Source: a bacterium
Lineage (GTDB): Bacteria > SZUA-182 > DTGQ01
NCBI GenBank assembly: GCA_040755755.1
Contig: JBFLZW010000041.1
Span: forward strand, 2,102-66,101
Direction of reading: 5' to 3'
Length of the DNA: 64,000 nucleotides
Numbering within the stretch: the first letter of the stretch is position 1; each line of letters opens with the position of its first letter. Positions 56,248-64,000 of this stretch are shown here, one piece after another. Below the pieces are notes generated by a model that saw nothing but the letters and a program-made list of their open reading frames with translations, was not told the origin of the DNA and ran no database searches. Position numbers and translations under genes: made by a program.

Positions 56248-57249
56248 ATGAGAATGCTAACTATACTTATATTTATGCCTATGCTCCTGAAGGTCGGCTT
56301 ATTTTCCTGGGCTAGAGCTTGCTTTTTCTTCTCTGTTCAATTAAGGCGTCTGGCAGCGGTTCTCTTTTCCCTGGTTATCACCTGCCTTATCTCATCATCT
56401 TCCATCTCCATAGAGTTGAAGGATTATTCTATAGGTCCTCAGGATGTTTTAAAAATCGAGGTCTGGGATAATCCCGATTTATCGAGGGAAGTGACGGTCT
56501 CATTGAAAAATACCATTTCCTTCCCGCTGATAGGAGAAATGCAGGTTGAAGGGTATACCGTAGAGAATCTCCAGCAGAAGATCCGGACCCGTCTGGCAGA
56601 TGGTTATCTGGTTAATCCCCAGGTTACGGTAACGGTCAAGGAATATAACAGCAAAAAGGTTTATGTGCTGGGAGAGGTCGAGAAGCCCGGCTATTATCCC
56701 TTCTCCAAAGTAACCACCATGGTCGAGATCATCTCGATGGCTGGCGGACTTACTCCCGATGCCGGGCAGGAAGCTTATATTATCCGGTCTCCGGAGAAAA
56801 TTGACCCTGACGATATCAAACACCTCATTCAGGGAGGAAAAAACGACCTTCCCTCCGAAACTGCAATCAACAGCTCAAACACCATCCCCGGCAAGGGTTC
56901 TGCATCCGAGGGTGCAGTCAAAAACCAGGTTATTACTCTTAACCTGAACGACTTTAATCAGGGCATCAATCTCAATTTCGAGCTTCAGAATAATGATACT
57001 CTCTACATTCCCAAGGCCCAGTTTTTCTATGTGATTGGGGAAGTGAAATCTCCCGGACGGTTCAAGCTGGAAAAAGAGGTTAATGTACTGCAAACCATCT
57101 CGATGGCAGGCGGGCTTACTCAGAAGGCCAGTGAAAGAAAGATCAGGATCATCAGGACCCTGGATGGCAAGGAGCATGAGATAAAAGCCAAAATGACGGA
57201 TCTGGTTTTGCCGGATGACATAATCAAGGTTCCTGAGAGTTTCTTTTGA
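56248..57249 (+). CDS. wza: polysaccharide export outer-membrane protein (Wza/Poly_export + SLBB domains)
   Basis: The Poly_export motif IGPQDVLKIEVWDNPDL is present, followed by two SLBB-like repeats (...ISMAGGLT... twice). The exact start is uncertain. Confidence 0.85.
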   Translation: MRMLTILIFMPMLLKVGLFSWARACFFFSVQLRRLAAVLFSLVITCLISSSSISIELKDYSIGPQDVLKIEVWDNPDLSREVTVSLKNTISFPLIGEMQVEGYTVENLQQKIRTRLADGYLVNPQVTVTVKEYNSKKVYVLGEVEKPGYYPFSKVTTMVEIISMAGGLTPDAGQEAYIIRSPEKIDPDDIKHLIQGGKNDLPSETAINSSNTIPGKGSASEGAVKNQVITLNLNDFNQGINLNFELQNNDTLYIPKAQFFYVIGEVKSPGRFKLEKEVNVLQTISMAGGLTQKASERKIRIIRTLDGKEHEIKAKMTDLVLPDDIIKVPESFF

Positions 57250-57431
57250 ATTTAGCTGTTTATCCATCAAAGTTTATCTCCTCATAAGTTATATCTCAAG
57301 GTTTGGGTTTTCCCTTTCAGCATCACCATGCAGCGTTTTATTTGAAGTATGTATGTGCAGGAATAATTGTCGGTGTGGTTGTATGGCCGGGTTATCATTG
57401 CATCAGGTAACTCACAGGGCGAAGCTATTTT

Positions 57432-57503
57432 CAGGAGTCAGAATCCAGAAGTCAGAAGTCAGGAGAAGAGGATTGCTTATTCTGACTCCTGACTCCTGAC
57501 TCC
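57432..57503 (+). repeat. inverted array of the same heptamer repeat (AGTCAGA/TCTGACT) forming a long imperfect palindrome between wza and wzc
   Basis: The sequence CAGGAGTCAGAATCCAGAAGTCAGAAGTCAGGAG ... TTCTGACTCCTGACTCCTGACTCC is present. Confidence 0.75.
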
Positions 57504-57566
57504 AGGGTACGATATAGTTCAAACTTAAGGATAGTTGCCACAATCAGTATAGGGGAATACTTATCT

Positions 57567-59879
57567 ATGGAGCATCAACAATTGAGCTTTCAAGAGGAAG
57601 AGATACATCTTCGGGACTATTGGCGGGTCGTCATGAAGTATCGATGGACCGTCGTCACCCTCTTTATCATCGTGTTCGTAACCGTAGCTATAGCTACTTT
57701 CAGCGCCGAGCCGGTCTACAAGGCCACTGCCCAGATTCTCATCGATAAGGAAAACCCCAATGTTCTCTCAATCCAGGAGGTCATGTCCCTGGATGCTCAG
57801 GATCTTGACTACTATCAGACGCAATATAAAATTCTCCAGAGCCGGTCCCTGACCAGGGCGGTCATCAAGGCCATGGACCTTGCCCATCACAAGGAGTTTG
57901 ACAGTACTCAGCAGGAAAAAGGGCTGATTGCCACAGTCGCCAGCTCTATCAGGGAATCGCTCAGCTCCCTGCTGCATACCTTCTTTCCTTCCCGGCCTGA
58001 TTCTTCGGCAACAGCCACTCTGACTCCTCAGGAGATCCGTGACCGGGAGGAAGGCAGGCTGATCGATGCCTTTCTCGACAAGCTGCAGGTCGAGCCGATC
58101 AGAAACAGCCACCTGGTCAACATCAGCTTTCTGGCCCATGACCCGACCCTGACGGCAAGGGTTGTCAATGTCCTGGCCGATCAGTACATTCAACACAACC
58201 TGAAGCTCAAGTTCGAGGCCTCGATGGATGCCTCCGAGTGGTTGAACCGGAATGTGGGCGAGCTCAAGAAGAAGGTGGAAACCTCCGAGGAGGCCCTTCA
58301 CTCCTATAAGGAGGAGAATAAGATTGTCTCTCTTGAGGAAAAGCAGGACATTATCGTCCAGAAGCTTTCCGAGCTCAACACCGCAGTCACGGATGCCAAA
58401 ACCAAGAGGATCCGTCTTGAGACCCTCTATAATCAGGCAAACAAATTTAAAGCCAGCGGGGAGATGCTCGAATCCCTCCCTTCGGTCATGAATAACCCTC
58501 TCATCCAGGAGCTGAAAAAGGATTATATCTCTCTTCTGGCCGAGTATAACCGGGAGTCCAAACAATATGGTTCCAAGCATCCGCACATCATCAAGATCAG
58601 CTCTCAATTGACCTCTCTCAAGAACAGGATTCAGTCCGAGGTTCAAAAGATTGCCAACAGCATCAAGACCGAGTATGAAATCGCCGTAGCCCAGGAGCAG
58701 GTCCTGATCGAGGCCCTGAACGAGCAAAAGGAAGAGGCCCTGGAGCTGAACAAGAAGGCGATTCAATACAACGTCCTGAAGCGGGATGCCGAAAGCAACC
58801 AGCAGATGTTCGAGGTGGTCCTGAACCGCCTGAAAGAGACCGATCTGACCCGCGGCCTGAAGAACAGCAACATCCGGATCATCGACCGGGCCGAAGTGCC
58901 CGAATTTCCGATCAAGCCCAATAAAAAGCTCAACCTGTTACTGGGTGCGATCGTCGGGCTGTTTGCCGGTATCGGGCTGTCCTTCTTCTTTGAATATCTG
59001 GATAATACTATCAAGACCCCGGAAGACCTCAAGCGCTATCTTAACCTTACCTTTCTCGGTCCGGTTCCCCATCTGGATTTATCCGAAACAGAGGGACTTC
59101 CCTGCCCTGAGATGATAGCCCTGCACAAACCCAAAAGCCATACCAGTGAGGCCTACAAGGGCCTGCGGACCAGCGTCCTGTTCTCCTTCCCCGACCATGA
59201 TCCCAAGGCATTGCTGATTACCAGCGCCTCTCCTTCTGAAGGAAAGACCATTACATCGACCAATCTGGCCATCACCATGGCCCAGGGAGGCTCGCGGGTG
59301 GTCATGATTGACTGCGATATGCGCAAACCCCGTCTTCACCGCCTGTTGAATATGAAGAATGAAAAGGGAATTTCGAACCTGCTCATCGGCCAGTGCCCGA
59401 TCGAGGATGTTCTGCAGAATGGACCGGTGGACAATCTCAAGATTATAACCTGCGGCCATCGCCCTCCCAATCCTTCCGAGCTTCTGGTTTCTGATAACCT
59501 GAAAAATATCCTGACTGAGCTTAAAAAACGGTTCGATCATATCATCATCGACTCACCCCCGCTGGTTGCGGTAACGGATTCGGTAATCATCAGCCGCATT
59601 GTCGATGGTGTCATTCTGGTGATCCACGGAGGTGTGACCAGCAGGGAAGTCATCAAGCGGGGTTATGACCTTTTGAAAAATGTCAATGCCCCGATGCTCG
59701 GTGGAATCATAAATAATATTGACCTTGGCAAGCGAAGCTACTATTATTACTACCAGTATTATTATTACCAGTATTATGGAGACGGGGAAACGAAAACACA
59801 CAAGCGGCGCACGAGGAAAAAACGCGTACAGCATGCTGAGCACGAGGTAAACGAAAGCCGGGAGGTTGCCTGGAAATAA
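57567..59879 (+). CDS. wzc: polysaccharide co-polymerase / tyrosine autokinase (Wzc-like: Wzz chain-length domain + BY-kinase)
   Basis: It has 2 TM helices flanking a coiled-coil periplasmic domain, a Walker A motif SASPSEGKT and a C-terminal Tyr cluster YYYYYQYYYYQYY, followed by a basic tail. Confidence 0.9.
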   Translation: MEHQQLSFQEEEIHLRDYWRVVMKYRWTVVTLFIIVFVTVAIATFSAEPVYKATAQILIDKENPNVLSIQEVMSLDAQDLDYYQTQYKILQSRSLTRAVIKAMDLAHHKEFDSTQQEKGLIATVASSIRESLSSLLHTFFPSRPDSSATATLTPQEIRDREEGRLIDAFLDKLQVEPIRNSHLVNISFLAHDPTLTARVVNVLADQYIQHNLKLKFEASMDASEWLNRNVGELKKKVETSEEALHSYKEENKIVSLEEKQDIIVQKLSELNTAVTDAKTKRIRLETLYNQANKFKASGEMLESLPSVMNNPLIQELKKDYISLLAEYNRESKQYGSKHPHIIKISSQLTSLKNRIQSEVQKIANSIKTEYEIAVAQEQVLIEALNEQKEEALELNKKAIQYNVLKRDAESNQQMFEVVLNRLKETDLTRGLKNSNIRIIDRAEVPEFPIKPNKKLNLLLGAIVGLFAGIGLSFFFEYLDNTIKTPEDLKRYLNLTFLGPVPHLDLSETEGLPCPEMIALHKPKSHTSEAYKGLRTSVLFSFPDHDPKALLITSASPSEGKTITSTNLAITMAQGGSRVVMIDCDMRKPRLHRLLNMKNEKGISNLLIGQCPIEDVLQNGPVDNLKIITCGHRPPNPSELLVSDNLKNILTELKKRFDHIIIDSPPLVAVTDSVIISRIVDGVILVIHGGVTSREVIKRGYDLLKNVNAPMLGGIINNIDLGKRSYYYYYQYYYYQYYGDGETKTHKRRTRKKRVQHAEHEVNESREVAWK

Positions 59880-59896
59880 CCCGTGCAGGATAAGGC

Positions 59897-59955
59897 AAAA
59901 TACGAAATACAAAATGAAAATACAAAGGACACCACAGAGACACAGAGGCACAGAG
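59897..59955 (+). repeat. copy of the (CACAGAG)n repeat family between wzc and rfbD
   Basis: The sequence AAAATACGAAATACAAAATGAAAATACAAAGGACACCACAGAGACACAGAGGCACAGAG is present. Confidence 0.7.
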
Positions 59956-59981
59956 AAAAGCGAAGATAGATCAGGGAGATC

Positions 59982-60869
59982 ATGGTGAAAATTTTGCTGA
60001 TTGGATCCGGCGGCCAGGTTGGATGGGAGCTTGACAGGACATTGCAGGTTCTGGGCGAGGTCATCGCCCTGGATTATCCGGCAATCGATCTGACCAGCCC
60101 GGAGCAGATACGGAAAACGGTACGGGATATCCGTCCCGCGCTCATCGTCAATGCCGCCGCCTACACAGCCGTGGACAAGGCGGAGGAAGAGCCCGATGTC
60201 GCCCTGGCGATCAATGGCCGGGCACCGGGCATTCTGGCTGAAGAGGCAAAAAGGGTCGGGGCCGCTATCGTGCACTACTCCACCGACTATGTGTTCGATG
60301 GCCGGGGAAGCTCCCCCTATACCGAAAACGATACACCCAATCCCCTGAATACTTACGGTCGCACCAAGCTGGAGGGTGATCTGGCTGTCCAGGCGGCGGG
60401 TGTGCCGCATCTCATCCTGCGGGTCAGTTGGGTGTACGGAGCCCGGGGGAAGAATTTCCTGCTCACCATGCTGAAGCTGGCCGGGGAGAGGGAGGAAATC
60501 CGGGTGGTGGATGACCAGATCGGCAGCCCCACCTGGTGTCGGATGATCGCCGAGGCCACGGCCCAGATTCTGGCCCAGGGAGTGAGTGACCTTTCGGGGT
60601 TCCTCCGGGACCGGGGCGGGCTCTATCACCTGACCGCCGCAGGAAAGACAAGCTGGTTTGGCTTCACCAGGGCGATTCTGGCCGCAGATCCTCACCGGAA
60701 TGAGCACAAAGCCGTGCGGCTCATCCCGATTTCAACGGCTGAATATCCCACCAAAGCCAGGCGGCCTGCTTATTCGCTGTTATCATCCGAGGCTGCCCGT
60801 GCAGCGTTCGGTATCCGGCTTCCCGGATGGGAAAGCTCACTGAACCAGGTGTTATCAACTACAACCTAA
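59982..60869 (+). CDS. rfbD: dTDP-4-dehydrorhamnose reductase
   Basis: The sequence MVKILLIGSGGQVGWEL...YHYSTDYVFDG is RmlD-like. Confidence 0.9.
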   Translation: MVKILLIGSGGQVGWELDRTLQVLGEVIALDYPAIDLTSPEQIRKTVRDIRPALIVNAAAYTAVDKAEEEPDVALAINGRAPGILAEEAKRVGAAIVHYSTDYVFDGRGSSPYTENDTPNPLNTYGRTKLEGDLAVQAAGVPHLILRVSWVYGARGKNFLLTMLKLAGEREEIRVVDDQIGSPTWCRMIAEATAQILAQGVSDLSGFLRDRGGLYHLTAAGKTSWFGFTRAILAADPHRNEHKAVRLIPISTAEYPTKARRPAYSLLSSEAARAAFGIRLPGWESSLNQVLSTTT

Positions 60870-60904
60870 TAGAGTCAAGATAGAGTAAAGATAGAGTAAC
60901 GCCA

Positions 60905-62059
60905 ATGGGAAGATCATCTTTTGTGCAATTTTCGCCAATACCCCGGTCTCCGCAATCTCATCAGGTTATTCTGGTCACCGGCGGGGCGGGATTCATCGGA
61001 TCGAATTTCATTCGCTCCGCGCTTGCCAGCCGGCCCGGCTGGCGGATCGTCAACCTCGATGCCCTGACCTATGCCGGGAATCTGGCCAATTTCAGCGACC
61101 TCCCCCCCCAAGATGCGCAGCGGCACCGCTTTGTTCAGGGCGATATCAGGGACACGAAGTGTCTGAAGCAGATTTTCGAACAGGAAGCGATAAGCGCAGT
61201 CGTTCACTTTGCCGCCGAGTCCCATGTTGACCGCTCCATCCTCGGCCCCGATGCCTTTGTCGATACCAATGTCCTGGGAACCTTCCGGCTGCTGGAAGCG
61301 GCACGGGCCTGTTGGGAAGGCAGGGGCAGGCCCGAAGCTTTCCGGTTTCTGCATGTCTCGACCGATGAGGTATATGGAAGCCTCGGCCCCACGGGCCGCT
61401 TCCATGAGGACACCCCCTACGATCCTTCGAGTCCGTACTCGGCCTCGAAGGCTTCTTCGGACCATTTCGTGAGGGCATATTACCGCACCTTCGGTCTGCC
61501 GACCCTGGTCACGAACTGCTCCAATAACTACGGACCCTATCAGTTTCCCGAAAAGCTCATTCCGCTGATGATCATCAACATCATCGAAAAAAAGCCCCTC
61601 CCGGTCTACGGGGACGGGAAAAACGTCCGCGACTGGCTCTACGTGCTCGATCACTGCGAGGCCCTGCTCAGGGTTCTTGAGGCAGGGGTGCCGGGTGAGA
61701 CCTATAATGTCGGCGGAGGGGCCGAGCGGGGGAACATCGATATCGTCCATCAACTGTGCGACCTTCTCGACCGCCGCCTGATGAGACCGGCAGCGGATTC
61801 GAGCCATCAGCTCATCCGCTTCGTTCCCGACCGCCCCGGCCACGACCGGCGCTACGCCATCGATTCCTCGAAGATTCGGCGGGAGCTGGGCTGGTCGCCG
61901 CAGCATGATTTCGAGCAGGCCCTTGCGGCCACGGTTGACTGGTACCTGAACCACCTCGATTGGGTCGAGGCTGTCCGCAGCGGAGAATACCGCACCTGGA
62001 TCAGCCTGAATTACCAGAACCGGGAGGAATGGTGTAAAAAAGAAGACACGGTGGGGTAG
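60905..62059 (+). CDS. rfbB: dTDP-glucose 4,6-dehydratase
   Basis: The sequence VTGGAGFIGSNF...YSASKASSDH is RmlB-like. It carries a ~25-aa N-terminal extension relative to the typical start. Confidence 0.9.
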   Translation: MGRSSFVQFSPIPRSPQSHQVILVTGGAGFIGSNFIRSALASRPGWRIVNLDALTYAGNLANFSDLPPQDAQRHRFVQGDIRDTKCLKQIFEQEAISAVVHFAAESHVDRSILGPDAFVDTNVLGTFRLLEAARACWEGRGRPEAFRFLHVSTDEVYGSLGPTGRFHEDTPYDPSSPYSASKASSDHFVRAYYRTFGLPTLVTNCSNNYGPYQFPEKLIPLMIINIIEKKPLPVYGDGKNVRDWLYVLDHCEALLRVLEAGVPGETYNVGGGAERGNIDIVHQLCDLLDRRLMRPAADSSHQLIRFVPDRPGHDRRYAIDSSKIRRELGWSPQHDFEQALAATVDWYLNHLDWVEAVRSGEYRTWISLNYQNREEWCKKEDTVG

Positions 62060-62106
62060 GTATAATCCCTCCCCGTGGAGGGCACCCTCATCTCGTGGAA
62101 AATACA

Positions 62107-62149
62107 CTCCCTCGCCCCTTGGGGGAGAGGGTTGGGGTGAGGGGGATGG
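62107..62149 (-). repeat. second copy of the GC-rich REP-like hairpin repeat, between rfbB and rfbA
   Basis: The sequence CTCCCTCGCCCCTTGGGGGAGAGGGTTGGGGTGAGGGGGATGG is the reverse complement of the 36693 copy, with a few substitutions. Confidence 0.6.
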
Positions 62150-62205
62150 CAGTTAGCAGGGTTTGGGGAAGGATTTTCGTCAGGAAGGAAGGATAAGGAA
62201 GGATT

Positions 62206-63099
62206 ATGAAAGGTATCATTCTTGCCGGGGGGTCGGGAACACGGCTGTATCCCATCACCCAGGTTGTGAGCAAGCAGCTTATGCCGGTGTATGACAAGCC
62301 GATGATTTACTATCCCTTGTCGGTACTCATGCTGGCCGGGATCCGGGAGATTCTGGTCATTTCCACGCCGTCGGATTTGCCCCGGTTCCGGGAGCTTCTG
62401 GGGGACGGGACCCAATGGGGTCTTTCCTTCTCGTATGCCGAGCAGCCCCGTCCGGAGGGCCTGGCGCAGGCTTTTATCATCGGCCGGGAATTTGTCGGCA
62501 GCGACTCGGTTTCCCTGATCCTGGGGGATAATATCTTCTATGGCCATGATCTGGTGAAAATCCTCCGACGGGCAGCAGCCCAGAGCGAAGGAGCGACCAT
62601 TTTCGGCTATTGGGTGCGGGACCCGGAACGCTACGGGGTGGTGTCCTTCGATGAGAGCGGGCAGGCAATAAGCATCGAGGAAAAGCCGGCCCGGCCGAAA
62701 TCTCACTATGCCGTGACCGGCCTGTATTTCTATGACAGCCGGGTCCTGGACATAGCCCTTGGCCTGAAGCCTTCGGCCAGGGGAGAGCTGGAAATCACCG
62801 ATGTCAATCGGACGTATCTTGCATTGGGGGCTCTCAAAGTGGAAAAACTGGGCCGGGGCATTGCCTGGCTGGATACCGGGACCCATGAGTCCCTGCTTCA
62901 GGCATCGAACTTTATCGAAGTCGTCGAGCACCGCCAGGGGCTGAAAATTGCCTGTATCGAGGAAATCGCCTACCGCCTCGGCTATATCGATGCCAGCCAG
63001 GTGGAGAGCCTGGCCGGATGTCTGGCCAAGAACAGCTATGGTCAATACCTGCTGCATATGCTGCAAGCAACTGACCGGGAACAGGACATAGCGCCATGA
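62206..63099 (+). CDS. rfbA: glucose-1-phosphate thymidylyltransferase
   Basis: The sequence [18 protein letters not shown]...LGDNIFYG is RmlA-like. Confidence 0.95.
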   Translation: MKGIILAGGSGTRLYPITQVVSKQLMPVYDKPMIYYPLSVLMLAGIREILVISTPSDLPRFRELLGDGTQWGLSFSYAEQPRPEGLAQAFIIGREFVGSDSVSLILGDNIFYGHDLVKILRRAAAQSEGATIFGYWVRDPERYGVVSFDESGQAISIEEKPARPKSHYAVTGLYFYDSRVLDIALGLKPSARGELEITDVNRTYLALGALKVEKLGRGIAWLDTGTHESLLQASNFIEVVEHRQGLKIACIEEIAYRLGYIDASQVESLAGCLAKNSYGQYLLHMLQATDREQDIAP

Positions 63100-63194
63100 A
63101 CGTTTTCCGTACGTTAGATGTTCCCCATCTTGTATAGAAGTATCCAATACACTATAATGATACAAGCAGTGGAGAACTTTCCAGGAGGCAAGCT

Positions 63195-63416
63195 ATGAAA
63201 CAGGATATAAAAATCACTTCTCAGCACGAGCAAAGCCTTGTTGAGAAGATCCGCAGTCTTTCGCCTGAGAGGATTGCCGAGGTGGAAGACTTTATTGACT
63301 TCCTGTGTCAGCGCGACCTGGATCATCGTCTGACCCAATCGGCTGCCAGGCTCTCTGAACCAGCATTTCAAAAGGTATGGGATAATCCTGACGATGCAGA
63401 CTATGATCAGCTATGA
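63195..63416 (+). CDS. putative type II antitoxin
   Basis: 73-aa ORF overlapping the start of the downstream MazF/PemK-like toxin. Its own sequence is not diagnostic. Confidence 0.5.
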   Translation: MKQDIKITSQHEQSLVEKIRSLSPERIAEVEDFIDFLCQRDLDHRLTQSAARLSEPAFQKVWDNPDDADYDQL

Positions 63417-63759
63417 ATTTGGTGATGTTGTCCTTGTCCCGTTTCCTTTCACCGATCAGTCAGTCAGCAAAAAACGCCCGGCCATAGTCGTCAGCTCCAG
63501 CGCTTATCACCGGGAGCGTCAAGATATTGTCCTCATGGCGGCGACGAGCCAGATAAAACCATCGGCATCTTTTGGCGAAGTTACGATCGCTCAATGGGAG
63601 CAAGCCGGTCTCCTTAAACCATCAGTAATTAAGCCGATCTTTACCACGATCGAGAAGCTGCTTGTCTTGAGAAAGCTCGGAAGGCTCGATAAACGAGACA
63701 GGCGGAATCTTCAAGAGAGCCTTCGAGAGATTCTGGGCGAAGACGATGGTCACGGTTAA
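63403..63759 (+). CDS. MazF/PemK-family toxin (mRNA interferase-like)
   Basis: The sequence MISYEFGDVVLVPFPFTDQSVSKKRPAIVVSS is the PemK/MazF N-terminal signature. The ORF track start is 63394. Confidence 0.7.
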   Translation: MISYEFGDVVLVPFPFTDQSVSKKRPAIVVSSSAYHRERQDIVLMAATSQIKPSASFGEVTIAQWEQAGLLKPSVIKPIFTTIEKLLVLRKLGRLDKRDRRNLQESLREILGEDDGHG

Positions 63760-63789
63760 CCAGGTAAGTTTAGTAGGATAGGAAAGAGC

Positions 63790-64000
63790 ATGAATATTTA
63801 TCATACCTCACTCGAAGGAATACTGCTGATCGAGCCGCGTGTTTTCGAGGATTACCGGGGGTTCTTTCTGGAAACTTATCACCAGCGAAGGTTCCAGGAA
63901 GCGGGAATCAATCAGGCTTTTGTCCAGGATAACCATTCCCATTCCGTGCGGAATACGCTGCGGGGCCTGCACTACCAGCTTCAGCACCCGCAGGGGAAGC
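63790..64000 (+). CDS. rfbC: dTDP-4-dehydrorhamnose 3,5-epimerase (partial; continues beyond the right window edge)
   Basis: The sequence MNIYHTSLEGILLIEPRVFEDYRGFFLETY... is RmlC-like. The ATG at 63790 is preceded by AGGATAGGAAAG. Confidence 0.85.
   Translation, partial: MNIYHTSLEGILLIEPRVFEDYRGFFLETYHQRRFQEAGINQAFVQDNHSHSVRNTLRGLHYQLQHPQGK

Noticed and set aside
57768-58766. 332-aa minus-strand ORF, plus the minus-strand ORFs at 59553..60707, 60914..62107 and 62011..63165
   Set aside because: Each is antisense to a confidently identified gene (wzc, rfbD, rfbB, rfbA). None has recognisable domains.

Overview
This 64 kb window looks like a chromosomal segment of a Gram-negative-type (diderm) bacterium, probably an uncultured lineage, with roughly 50% GC. 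Coding density is high, with many 1-20 bp gene overlaps. Reading left to right it contains the following.

- 1-10.8 kb: a minus-strand block consisting of a gldA/gldF/gldG-like ABC transporter, a complete Bat-type operon (batE-batD-batC-batB-batA-DUF4381-DUF58) and moxR.
- 11-21 kb: htrA/degP, a compact RpoD-like sigma factor, a CDP-alcohol phosphatidyltransferase, groES-groEL with a perfect CIRCE operator, an HExxH peptidase and comEC.
- 21.5-23.8 kb: a strongly signalled 787-aa secreted protein.
- 24-27 kb: an orphan ExbB/TolQ/MotA-like proton-channel protein followed by a large acidic FHA-domain protein.
- 27-31 kb: a HEPN/MNT toxin-antitoxin pair, an FG-GAP lipoprotein, a USP-like protein and an anion permease.
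- 31.4-35.3 kb: a very large polytopic membrane protein fused to a C-terminal cytochrome c domain carrying about 10 CxxCH haem-binding motifs.
- 35.3-36 kb: a decayed IS5-family transposase fragment.
- 36-45 kb: csp, lepB, htpX, fmt-def, lolA-ftsK and uppP.
- 45-49.3 kb: a 1430-aa double-ATPase 'CoA-substrate-specific enzyme activase'/dehydratase-like fusion.
- 49.9-64 kb: a polysaccharide locus made up of a transglutaminase-like protein with a long Gly/Ser/Tyr-rich tail, a GT4-like glycosyltransferase, an AsnB-like amidotransferase whose nucleophilic Cys is replaced by Gly, wza, wzc, rfbD-rfbB-rfbA, an inserted MazF-like toxin-antitoxin cassette and partial rfbC.

Several short dispersed repeat families punctuate intergenic regions. 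One family is MITE-like with AGATGTTCCCCATCT termini, and one copy sits in-frame inside the FHA-protein gene. Other families are heptamer-based: (CACAGAG)n, and (CTCCTGA)n flanking wza. There are also GC-rich hairpins.

No rRNA, tRNA or CRISPR was found.

All functional calls come from reading motifs in the translated ORFs. No database search was possible.
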